Source: a virus
Lineage: Duplodnaviria; Caudoviricetes
IMG/VR virus record: IMGVR_UViG_3300047545_000306
Location: 39,151-103,150 of that record
Reading direction: 5' to 3' (one strand)
Length of the DNA: 64,000 nucleotides
The position numbers and the translations under genes were made by a program. Numbering within the stretch: position 1 is the stretch's first letter; every line of letters starts with the position of its first letter. Under the pieces are notes generated by a model. It was not told the DNA's origin and did not search any database. It saw nothing but the letters and a program-made list of their open reading frames with translations. Positions 19,446 through 30,500 of the stretch are shown here, piece after piece.

Positions 19446-22400
19446 TTAAATTACCTCACTAAGATATGCTGTCATGTCTGGTCCAGAGTTTGTTCTTGCA
19501 TACTCTATGTTGTAAACCACAAACCTTGAATCATTTGGCTGGATGTCAACTCCGTTGGTATCCTTGTAGTCAATAGAGACAACGTCTCCCAGCTGTAGCG
19601 TTGGCATTGCAAAAAGCTTCATACCAACTGATCTCTTTGGCTTCATGATCTTTGATGTCATCCACGTCATGATTGCTTCCGCATCGTCCTGGTTTTGAAT
19701 ATATGTTCCAGTTATGTTGAATTCATTTCTACCGAACATGTTTCTGCTATTCTTTATCTTTAGGTACTTGTCTGCTTGGTCTTTTGGAGATATTAGCCTT
19801 GTACCGTTTTCGTATTCTGGATCTGAGAAGTCGCTTCTCTTAGAGAAAAAATCATCTACGGATAGCTCGTTTTGAGACTGATTTGTAAAAGCTATTCCAG
19901 ATATGACAAGATAGTTTCCGCTACCACTACCAAGACTGATTGCCGAGTCGGTGGCGTTGAAGATAAGGAACTCTGCACCGTATGCACCTGCGATAAATCC
20001 AGAAGTAGAATATGACTTTAGGCTATTGTATGTTGGTGCAATGTAAGCATATAGTGCTGGATATGTCTTGTCATATCGAACCTTAAAGTAGGCAGCTTCC
20101 CTCATGATAGTCCCGAACTCGTCATAGTATATGTTGTACTTTGGTGGAGACGATGCTCCAATTCCAGAAAGGTATACTGACCTTACCAAGCCGCTCATAG
20201 CATACTTGTTTAGAGCAGCATCTGTAGTGATATGATCATCCAAGAATACAGAATTGACAGGAGTATCTATGGCTTCTGATGTTTTGATTGCATAGTTTTC
20301 AGCCAATGCATACACATTTTCAAACATACATCTGGCACCGCCACGAACGAACAAGACCATATTGTTGTTGTTAACATGTGGTAGTGGGTCTGTGTCATCG
20401 ACTACACCAACTAGAGAGCTGTTTATGTATAGATAGAATCTTCTAAGGTTGGCATTGATATCTATGTACTCTACCGCAAGGTCATAGACAGAAACGTCCT
20501 TATCGCCAACAAGCTTTGCCTGACCAGTTTGAATTCCAGCATCTACCACAATACCGTGGTTTTGCCCCCAGAGCTTGACTGGGATTGCAACGCTAGTTCC
20601 AGACTCTTTCATGACCTTGTAGAATATTACATCGTCTGCACCAGCCGTAGTAGACCAGCCTATCAGCTCAAAGAAATATCCGTTATTTGTTTTTGGATTT
20701 ACGAGCACTCCCAAACCACCTGACGCAGCGTCCACATCTGTTGCTGTATTTGACTGAGAGCTAATTGCAGATAGGTATGCGGATGCTCCATTTGGAGTTT
20801 GGTTTTTAAAGTTTGAATTTTCTAGCCTACCAATGACCCTCATCCTGGTACCAAAGTGCTTAAACTTATTTGAGAAACCATCTAGCGGTTTATTGACATA
20901 TGAAATCAGGCTGGTTGGATTATACGAGTTTGTCAGCGATGGACCATTGATGATTAGGGCTGAAGATTGGATTGAGCCAGGGATGGCACTACTATATTGT
21001 GTAATATCTGAGTCTGGAATGTTTGTCGAACTGAGGAACGTTTTCATGATTCCATTTCTAGTGGCTTTCTTGGATAGCCCTGATGCATCTAGACCAGCTG
21101 CACCTGGCTCAACAAGCGTATCGGTAGTTACTGATATGGTTGCGTTTAGCAAGGCAACTACTGGGGTATTGTCTATGGTGACCGAGTACTTAAAGGTAAT
21201 TGGATTAATTACTGTATTTATTGCCGATATCCTAGTTGTTTCTGTTGCATGTAGCTGACCAGTGCCACCAAGTAGATTAACTACCTGGTTAATTTTTAGA
21301 GATGTGATGTCTGAAACGTATAGTGTCTTCCCAGAGGATGAGACACCCTGAACCGTTGTAGTCTTCTTGCTTGGGTCAAACAAGTACTCTGAGTCCATAA
21401 TGCAGCCATATACGTTTGCGTCACTTGTCCAGTGGCTATTTAGACCTGCGTCGTGCGAGACTATGTCTGTTCCAAATTGACCACGACCGTGTTTGATAAC
21501 GCTACCATTCTTTATTTTTGTAACACCATCTACGACTTCGTAGTTTGGCTCTGAGTAAATTCTGACTAGACCAGTTCTATATATCTTTCCGTTAAAAGGA
21601 ACCTTTGAGAAGTACTTCTGATACTCCTGAACGCTTGATATCCAGACGTTGCTTCCCTCTAGTAGCTCTGATGGAACATCCATCTGCTGGATTCCAGGTA
21701 TACTAAACTGGACTGCATCATATTTTATAATCTCTCCGTTTGCATAGAAGTAGCCTTTATACCTGTTTCCAACCCAAGAAATATTTTCGCCAAGGTCGAT
21801 AATATTATTTTTTATTTTTCCATCCACAACGACTGGAACATCTGCGGTTAGCGTAGTGTTAAGTGGCACTGCTGATAGTGCATACTCATGAGTTCCTGCG
21901 TTACCAGAGTGATCTGGAGTAGTGTCTGGATCTGCTGGGAGGTTCCATAGCTCTGATATCTTGTACGTCCAGTTCTTATCTATGTCTAGCGATTGTGCTG
22001 AGTCTAGCGTTCCATAGTTTCTCTGAATAGATCTTTCAGTATAAATAATTTTGCCGTCATTGAATACCGAGTTTGTTTGAGAGCTTAGGTCAATAATGTT
22101 AGACATATTTCCAGAATCTGGAGATCCGTATAGGACCATGTCCGTATCTCTTTCTGATGTTGTTGGGAGCATGTACTCTCTGCTCATCATTACGAAATTA
22201 TTGTACTCGTCAAAGAACATCGCTGTTTGGGTTGACATGGCTATGTCGTTTAGAACCTGAGCAATTGTTTGGTCCTGCTGGATAAAGAAGAAAGGTATTA
22301 TGGACTCTGACTCTCCAGACACTCTCTTAAATAGATAGTTAGAGAATCCGATAGAGTCTAGCAGAATTGATACTGCAGAGCTTACAGAAATATCTCTTAG

Positions 22401-23957
22401 AAGCATCTGTGGTGCTGTAAGGGATTCGAAGTAGAAAAACATGTCTCTTAGGGACATCGTTACTTTTCTTTCTGAGCTCTTTTGCTCTGGGAATCCCTCG
22501 GAATATAGCGTCTTGATTGGAACAAAATAATTGTATCCATCCACATCTAAGATCTCTTCGTAAAACTTTAGCTGAATGTTGTTGCCAACATACTTAGAGA
22601 TTATACTGTCTTCGTTGTTGTGATTGAATGATTGATCATAATCAAATATTTCTAGGTTTCCTGTTGAGGCTAGTAGTTGGCTTACTGGCAATCCAGATAC
22701 CCCAAGATCTGAGGCAACCTTGGTAACAGAATAGCTTGTGACTCTATCTGATAAGTCTACCGCTAATCTTGGTGATAGTTCTATCAGGTCGAAGGTGGAG
22801 TCGAACTTGTTCATTGTATCAACCACAATTCTTAGACCGTCAACATACATGAACTCTCTGTAATTAATTCTGCTAGAGTTGTCTGTATACTGTGGTGGAT
22901 TAGTGAGAGATTTTACGTACCCAAGTCTAGAGGTCACGTCTGCCTCATTTAGGTACCATCCATAACGTGCTGGGAATGACTTGTACTCTGTGCCAGTCCA
23001 GATGTAGTATTGACCAATGTCTTGACTATTCTGCCTAACCAAGTATGCATATCCTGTTATAGATTCTGTTGGCAAAAGCTCTGCATCTGGGAACTCTTCA
23101 GCTTCTATAAAAATACTTGAGTATTCGTTTGGAACGATTAGACCGTAGGAAATTTCTACGTATCCGTCAGAGCCGATCACTGAGTCGCCGTTGGTCTTTC
23201 GTGAGTTCTCGTCGAACTTTATAGCATCTATCCAGTTAGTACCATCCAGATACTGAACCTTCCAACGCTTTGGCGTAGTCTGGTTTGCTTGACCATAAAA
23301 CGGATCTGAAGATGATCCAGCGTCAGTGGACAGGGCTCCTAGGTCAACCGACCCAACCCCTGTCTGCATCTTTACAATGACCCTGTTGGCTGGAACCTTG
23401 TCCTTGTACACCACAAAAGGTGCGGCATCTTCTATGTGATAATTGCTTCCAATTGTTATATTTGATATTCCTCGCTCACCATTTTCGGTTCTATACGATG
23501 TCCAGTATTTAAACTTATCCTCTGGATCTGCGAGATAGTACCGTGGTCTTTTTGCCATGTCTGGATTTGGATTTGATAGGTAGTGACTTTCAAAGAACCT
23601 TAGCTTATTGATGCCAGATCGTGGTCTGAATCTATCGAAGCACTCGTCTAGCGAATATAGCAACTTTTCTTTGTCTCTGGGCTTTGTAAAGATAATTGGA
23701 ATATCTTCGGTAGTTCTTCCAGCATCGATTGAAGCACTTGCGTCAGTTGCTCCAGTGTAAAAATTTCCCTGATCATATTCGTCAAATGAGTTTGCCAGAG
23801 TTCTGTACTGATCAGAGGTGGTTGGTCTGTATCTATAGTTTCCAACCTTAAAGATGTTGTCTGCAATGTTTAAGTTCCATTCTGCAACAACTAAAGCCTG
23901 TGCCTTAATTGAAGAAGATGTCTGCAGGTGATTTAGAAGATCATCATTCTGGAACAT
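19446..23957 (-). CDS. Large tail-tip/hub protein
   Basis: 1503 aa, two genes after the tape measure; C-terminal P.LQLGDVV hub motif. Confidence 0.7.
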   Translation of the reverse strand: MFQNDDLLNHLQTSSSIKAQALVVAEWNLNIADNIFKVGNYRYRPTTSDQYRTLANSFDEYDQGNFYTGATDASASIDAGRTTEDIPIIFTKPRDKEKLLYSLDECFDRFRPRSGINKLRFFESHYLSNPNPDMAKRPRYYLADPEDKFKYWTSYRTENGERGISNITIGSNYHIEDAAPFVVYKDKVPANRVIVKMQTGVGSVDLGALSTDAGSSSDPFYGQANQTTPKRWKVQYLDGTNWIDAIKFDENSRKTNGDSVIGSDGYVEISYGLIVPNEYSSIFIEAEEFPDAELLPTESITGYAYLVRQNSQDIGQYYIWTGTEYKSFPARYGWYLNEADVTSRLGYVKSLTNPPQYTDNSSRINYREFMYVDGLRIVVDTMNKFDSTFDLIELSPRLAVDLSDRVTSYSVTKVASDLGVSGLPVSQLLASTGNLEIFDYDQSFNHNNEDSIISKYVGNNIQLKFYEEILDVDGYNYFVPIKTLYSEGFPEQKSSERKVTMSLRDMFFYFESLTAPQMLLRDISVSSAVSILLDSIGFSNYLFKRVSGESESIIPFFFIQQDQTIAQVLNDIAMSTQTAMFFDEYNNFVMMSREYMLPTTSERDTDMVLYGSPDSGNMSNIIDLSSQTNSVFNDGKIIYTERSIQRNYGTLDSAQSLDIDKNWTYKISELWNLPADPDTTPDHSGNAGTHEYALSAVPLNTTLTADVPVVVDGKIKNNIIDLGENISWVGNRYKGYFYANGEIIKYDAVQFSIPGIQQMDVPSELLEGSNVWISSVQEYQKYFSKVPFNGKIYRTGLVRIYSEPNYEVVDGVTKIKNGSVIKHGRGQFGTDIVSHDAGLNSHWTSDANVYGCIMDSEYLFDPSKKTTTVQGVSSSGKTLYVSDITSLKINQVVNLLGGTGQLHATETTRISAINTVINPITFKYSVTIDNTPVVALLNATISVTTDTLVEPGAAGLDASGLSKKATRNGIMKTFLSSTNIPDSDITQYSSAIPGSIQSSALIINGPSLTNSYNPTSLISYVNKPLDGFSNKFKHFGTRMRVIGRLENSNFKNQTPNGASAYLSAISSQSNTATDVDAASGGLGVLVNPKTNNGYFFELIGWSTTAGADDVIFYKVMKESGTSVAIPVKLWGQNHGIVVDAGIQTGQAKLVGDKDVSVYDLAVEYIDINANLRRFYLYINSSLVGVVDDTDPLPHVNNNNMVLFVRGGARCMFENVYALAENYAIKTSEAIDTPVNSVFLDDHITTDAALNKYAMSGLVRSVYLSGIGASSPPKYNIYYDEFGTIMREAAYFKVRYDKTYPALYAYIAPTYNSLKSYSTSGFIAGAYGAEFLIFNATDSAISLGSGSGNYLVISGIAFTNQSQNELSVDDFFSKRSDFSDPEYENGTRLISPKDQADKYLKIKNSRNMFGRNEFNITGTYIQNQDDAEAIMTWMTSKIMKPKRSVGMKLFAMPTLQLGDVVSIDYKDTNGVDIQPNDSRFVVYNIEYARTNSGPDMTAYLSEVI

Positions 23958-24586
23958 TATGCCTCTTCCAGCTTTATGCTTACATTCCAGAAGTCGTGTG
24001 TTCCTGTACCACGCTTAGATACCGTGTAGGAGAAGTCTGCTATAAACATCTCAACGAGATGTGAGTACTGATTTAGATGCCCATATGAAGAGTCTCCAGA
24101 TCCAAAGCTTGATGGCTTGTCGTAGGCTAAGAATACCCAGAAAGATCCTGTGTGATTGTTGTACCAGTCTAGGAGGTCAGCTCCGCCTGCACCGCCATCG
24201 GTAGTGTATCCGTAGGCATCTAGGCTAGCTTTTCCATCTGTTCCAAAATTTGGCTTTACCGCAAATGATCTTGATGGCAAGTTTTCCCAAGATAGCGATA
24301 GAGAGATTTTGTCTGCAACGTGATACGATCTCATTCTACCATTGACCATTCGCTCACGCTTTTCTATTCTTTGCTTGCCCATATCTATTGGCGAACGGTT
24401 GTCATCTGAAAGAATCAGGAATTGATCAACTAGCGAGAGGTCGGTGTCTTCTGGAACATCAGCATTTATCTCATACCCAAGTGGAACATACTTACCGTTC
24501 TCTAGGGTTCCAGAGTTTTCAGAAAACAGAATGCCCTGTGGTCTTCCGTACTTCTGTCTTCCAGACATGTAAGCTGCTGTTGCCAT
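23957..24586 (-). CDS. Distal tail protein-like
   Basis: Immediately after the tape measure; RMVNGRMRSY, W.VSIKLEEA. Confidence 0.65.
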   Translation of the reverse strand: MATAAYMSGRQKYGRPQGILFSENSGTLENGKYVPLGYEINADVPEDTDLSLVDQFLILSDDNRSPIDMGKQRIEKRERMVNGRMRSYHVADKISLSLSWENLPSRSFAVKPNFGTDGKASLDAYGYTTDGGAGGADLLDWYNNHTGSFWVFLAYDKPSSFGSGDSSYGHLNQYSHLVEMFIADFSYTVSKRGTGTHDFWNVSIKLEEA

Positions 24587-27500
24587 TATAGCCTATTCCC
24601 TCTAATTCTTTGTGAGTCTATTTGCTTGATCTTTGACATTACTACATCTGCTACATCGTTGGCATTCATGTTTGATCCGTTTAGACTTACGCTTAGATTA
24701 TAATTATACACTGATTCGCCGTTGTATGTTCCATTGTTTATAGCCTTAAGGTTATCTACCCCAAAATTATCTACAGCATACTTACGAACTATAAACTCTC
24801 CAGGAGTAAGCATCGCAGGAATCGTGTCTGTGCCCTTTGCAAAACCACCATCTGCAAAGTAGCCCATTGCCTCTAGCGTTCTTCTCGGCAGCATCGAAAG
24901 TTCTGGTGGTGGAGTCTTTGGAGTCTTTGGTGGTGGTGGTGGAGTAACCACGGTAGGGGAGATAGAGCTACCACTCAGCTTGACCAAGTTGCCGCCCTTT
25001 GCTTTATCGTAGAATGTAACTCCACCGTCTGGAGAATAGGCAACCCAGGTAACTACCCTAGCCTGACCTGTCTGTACCACAGCTTGGCGTGTTGGGTCGT
25101 AGGTATATGGTGCTCTAAGCTCTGCGGTGGTTGTCGTTGTAGTCGTGGTTGCAGGTGGCGTAGTCGTAGTAGTTGCTGCTGGTGGCGTTGACCCTGGAAC
25201 AGCATTTGGATTTAGGTACTGCTTGTATGCGTTATTTGCCAAATCTTGAGCAGCAATCAATGCCTTCGTGTAATCATAGACACCATTTTTTGCATCATTG
25301 ATCTGGGTGTTTAGGCGATCCCATCTAGACTTCTCTAAGTCAATTAGCACGATGTCCTTATCTAGCTGGACCTGCTTTAGTCTGACTAGCTCGGTTGCTG
25401 GGGCAAGTTGCTTCTGCTGGATGTCAAGAATATCGTTCTCAAGGACCTTAACCTGGTCCTCAATTTGCTTCCTGGTCATGCTCTTGCCATTGACTAGGAC
25501 GGTTACAGAATCAAGCTCTTTCTGCTTAGCATCTTCAAGTGCCTTCTTCTTGTTATCAATTGCATACTGGGCATTTCTAGCTCGGATATCTGCCATTGCC
25601 TTGGCGGCTGCAGAGATGTCTCCCTTTGCCAATGCTTCTGCAAGAGAAATCTTGCCCTTTTCCTGCTCGGCAATCTGCTGATTGATTACAGACACCTTTT
25701 CTAGTGCTGCTGCCCTGTCTTCATACTTCTTGTTGATTAGATCTTCTTGCTGAGATATCTTTGTGAGACCTGCGTTGTACTGGTCAAGGACGTATTGGTT
25801 CTTTGCAATTGAGTCGTTTGCTGAGGCAATGGTTGCGTTTGCTGCGATTACGGCTGGATCAAGTTTAAATTCAAGCTCTTTCTTGTTTTTTTCGTTGTCT
25901 AGTTGAAGGGCTGCCTTGTCAAATGCTTCTTGGAACTTTTCTGCTGGAGTCTTCGCACCTTCAAGAGCTTTCTTCAACTCGTTGTAAAGCTTGATGGCTG
26001 CCTTAAGCTCATCATTATTAGAACTATTTGCAATTGCGTTTGCCAAGGTTGTGTCTTTTACTAGTTCTAGTGCATCTGAATAAGTGGTTCCTGCTGCAAC
26101 AAGCTTCGTTATAGCTGCAGTCTGGTTCTTTACATCGACAAGCCCCTGAGACTGTTTGGTCATAAAATCGCCAACAGTCTTTTGTAGCGTATTCTTCTCT
26201 TGAGCAGCTGTGGCAGCGTCCCACTTTGTCTTTAGGTCTGCTAGTGCTATAGCCTGTGCCTGACCAGTTTTCGTTCTTAGGATTGCAGCATATGCTCCCT
26301 GATAATCAGCGTCTGCTGCTGCCTTCGATGCTTCGGCATAACTCCAGCCCTTTGCAATTAGGTCTGTTCTCATGTCGCCTTCAAGCTTTAGTGCTGCTGC
26401 AGTTTCTGCAACCTTATTGGTAAAGTCTCCCAGAATTTCCTTGTCGTATGCTGCAGCAAGCTTTATACCGTTTGCATTGAGAACTCTCACCCCATCCTTG
26501 CCAATCGTGGTGTATAGCTTTTGGGTTAGCACGTCTGCACTAGTTATCATAGATACGAAGTCTTTTGCATACCCCTTGGCTCTTAGAGTTCCCTCTAGCG
26601 TATTGTCCAAAATGCCCTTATTTACCTGAGTAAATAGGTTTGTGGCTTTGTCTCCAGAACCAGATGGTGAGGATGGTGTGCCTGTATCTAGAACACCTGC
26701 AGCCTTGAGGAGTCTCTCTACTTCTGCCTGTGCCGCAATCTGCTGCTTATAAGCCGCTACGACAATCTGATTTTTGACATCTTTTCCGCCAGTTGCAAGA
26801 GCGCCAGCTGTATACCTAGCACCTTCGGCACCGATTGACCCCATGTAAGCATCCAGAACAGCCTGCTCACCCATAGCGATCACGTTCATTATTACTGTCT
26901 TGGATACGGAGCTCTTTGATCCAACAATCTTGCTCCAGTTATCGTTAAGAGTTTGTAGAGTTTGATTATTTTTGCCTGCATCCGTTTCCAGAATTGTTGA
27001 GACAACCTTCTTTGTTATTGGAGACTTTAGCTTATTGATCAGTCCTAGATCTTTTGAAATCTGAGCCAAGTTAGCAGAGTTAATGTCTATCTTTACGCCA
27101 TAGGTATTCTTCAAGGTGTTAATTTGAACGATGGCATCCTTTACATTGTTCCAGTCTGCCCCCTTGTTTTGCATTGCAAGGTTGATTGTCTTTGTCACTG
27201 TGTCTTGGGTGGCACCAGACGAACCAAGCATATTGACTAAGTTATCTACCTCTGCATTTCCTTTAGCTGAAAATGCCAACTGAACATTTTTGCTTGTTGC
27301 TGCGTCTTTAGAAACAATCTTAGTTAGCATGTCTACTGTAGATGGAGATGTTCCAGCTGCCAAGGCAGTTTCTAGAGTAACCTTCATCTTGGTGTCTTTG
27401 ACGTTAGTCTCAACGTTTGCAAGAGCTGCATCTGCAAGAGTCTTCATTCCTGCATTATCTTTGTAAAGGGTATCTATTGACGCAGCGATTGAGTCCTTGA

Positions 27501-30500
27501 ATCCTGCACCATCTGTGTTATAGTTTGCTGCTAGACTATTGTAGAACTGATCTGATGCTGCGGTTTGCTCGTCAATCGCCTTAACACGCATTGCCTCTAG
27601 CTTGTTTATGTCAGCCTCTGTGTTGTGGATCTGCTTTAGCTTATCGAACTGTGCATTTAGTGAGTCTAGCATTTGCTGGTTAGATTTAACCTGGTTAGCA
27701 GCTAGCTGAACTGCAGCAGTTCTATACTGTAGCTTCTCTGCTTCGTTAGCTGCTGCCTCAAATCCGTTGGCGACTGCTCCAACTGCTAGCACGACTCCTG
27801 CAAGACCAGCTAGCACGGCTGCAACTGGTATTCCAACACCTGTGGCACCAGTGACTGCTGCGGCTGCTCCAAGTCCTGCTGCTACAGCTCCAACTCCCAT
27901 GGTTACTGATTGTCCTGTGTTCAAAGCAGACTGCTGAGACAATTCAGCATTTTTCTGCTGTGCCATAGCAAACATATTAGAGGTTTGCTCCGCACCTCTT
28001 CTGGTTATTTCAGAGGCTACCTGTCCTGGGTTAGCTGTTAATGCTTCTCCATTTGGACCAACAATTTGATTTAGATTACCGATAATTTCGGCACTGATCT
28101 TGTAGTTCTTTAGCTTGTCACCGAGTCCCTTTGCAATTGCCTTTGCCTGGGCATCGGTAATCACTCCCTCAAGCATCGCCGTTGAAAGCTGTGTGGCTAT
28201 GTTTGATCCGATATCGCTGTCTGTTGCACCAGATGCTTGCTGTGTCTTAATTCCTGCAACAAGAGACTTTCCAAAAGATGTGTTATTAAGCATTTGAGTT
28301 GCAATGCCATTATCTTTTTTGGAAGAAAGTATTCCAGAGTTTAGGTCTTTTCTATTTCTGGTAGCCTCTTCAGTAGCACTAACAGTCTTATAAACCTTCG
28401 ATAACTCAACAAGTTTTCCATCTGTCATTGTCATTGAGTTTGCCATTTTGATTCCAGCTTCTTTTGCCTTGTTCATCATGTCGATTACCATTGTAACCAC
28501 TGTTGCTAGACCAATCAATCCTGCAACCACCCAACCTGCTGGACCTGGGATCATCATAAGTGCTGTAGACGCAGCCATAGCTGGCATCATCATCTGATTT
28601 CCAATATCCTGCATCTTCTTGTCGCCGCTCATAGACATAGCCATAGGCAGCATGCTTAGAGCCATACCTGCACCCATCTTGCCCTTGCCGCCCTTTTCGT
28701 TGTCAAACATTGACCCTAAGAAGTTTCCACGTGTCGAAGCAGACTTCTTGATTCCTGCATCGCCTCGTAGCATTGCCTGAATCTCTGCAATTCTTGCTTC
28801 GGTAATTTTTTTCTCTGCTGCAACGGCTGCGACTATAGCCTTGGACTCTTCAGTCTTCAGTCTGGTCTCCGTTATTGTCTGGGCTATTGTTTCCTTTTGC
28901 CCCTTAGCCAACGCAATCTTGGCAGCTAGCTCTGATCTTAATCCTGCAGTTGGGTTGACTCTGTACCAAGCCTGCTTCATTGCGGTTGCGGTTGCAGTTG
29001 ATGCAGATACAAAAGCTGTCTTAGTTCCTGTAGCAGCCTTCTTTGCTGATGTGGCTGCGTTGACTCCGAATTCCTTTACCGAATTTGATGCAGCCTTCAT
29101 ACTTGCAATTAGCGATGCCCATGCTGATTTCTGAGCAGCAACGACTGTTTGAGGCATTGCTGATGACAATGCAGACATTGCCTTCTTTGTCAATACTGCA
29201 GACATGTCGCCTCTTGCCAAGGCAGCCTGAGCAATTCTACTTGTAGTGCCAAAGATCTTGCCCATGCGAGTCATCTCTGCTTCAAGATCGACGGCACCTG
29301 CCTTCATCTTCTTTGCTCCGCCTAGGAAGTCCTCTTTAATCCATTGCCACTCTCTTGAAAAATTAGTCTTTGCAACTGACATTGTGGATGATAGCTTTTT
29401 GAAAGCTTGCCCCATTAATGATGACTCTGGAACTGCTGTTCTTAGTGCCTTCTTAATGCTGCCTTCGACAAAAATAGCGTCGCTGCGGACCTGCCCCTTG
29501 GCTGCCTGAAGAGCAGTCTTAATTGGTGTAATAATCTGCTGGAATTCTTGTTTTACCCAACCCATCTCACGTGAGAAGTTTGTCTTTGCACCTGCCATAG
29601 CAGTTTGGAATGCTGTAGGCACTGGCTTAACATAGTTCTGAGCATTGCTGGTGTTGATTACCATTCCAGGCTGTGGACCAAAGAATCTAGGCATTTGCTT
29701 TGATGATGCCACAACAGCTGTTTTTGCAGCTAGACCAAATGCTTCTCCAGAAGACTTTCCTAATGCTCTACCAGACTGAGACTCTTGCTTAACAGCTGTC
29801 TGCATACCCTGCTTAAATCCAGCAACACGATCAGTGGCGATCTTTATCTCTTCTTTAGAAGGCGACTGAATTCCAAAAGCCTTTTCCGTAGCAACTGCCT
29901 GGGATGATTTTCCAGACTGAGTTGTAACAGTTCTCTGCTTCATTTTGGCAGCTAGCTCATTCTCCATTTTTGCTAGATTGAAGGCACCATCAGATGCCTC
30001 CATAAGTGTTCTGTCAAGTTTCTGTATTGCTGCTCTAAATTCTGCTGGAGACTTTTTTGTTCTATTAAGCTCTGAAATTAAGTCATTTGCAGCTGCCTCA
30101 TACTTGCCGCCAAGGAATTGAAGATTTGACAATGACTGAGTAACAGCCCTTGGAGAATACTGAACGCCATTTCTTGCCATCATGTCTACGTCTGGTCTTG
30201 CTTTTCCAGTACCTGCACCATAGGCTGCCTTTGGTCCAAAGATCTGAGTTGCTATCTTTTCATTTTTCTCTGCGTTAAACTTGTAAGAGTCTCTCATCCC
30301 CTTACGGTTGTTGGTAGTTCCAAACTCTGTCCATGACATTCTTGTCTGAGATACCCTGGCAATTGTCTGCTTTGCAATCTGCTCTTGCTTTGATAGGCTG
30401 TCTCCAGAAACGGCAACCTCAAGTGCTGACTCAGCCATCTTTCCGAGGTCCACAACTGTAAGCTGTGCCTTGTCGTCCAATGCTCCAAGGCTGATCTGCA

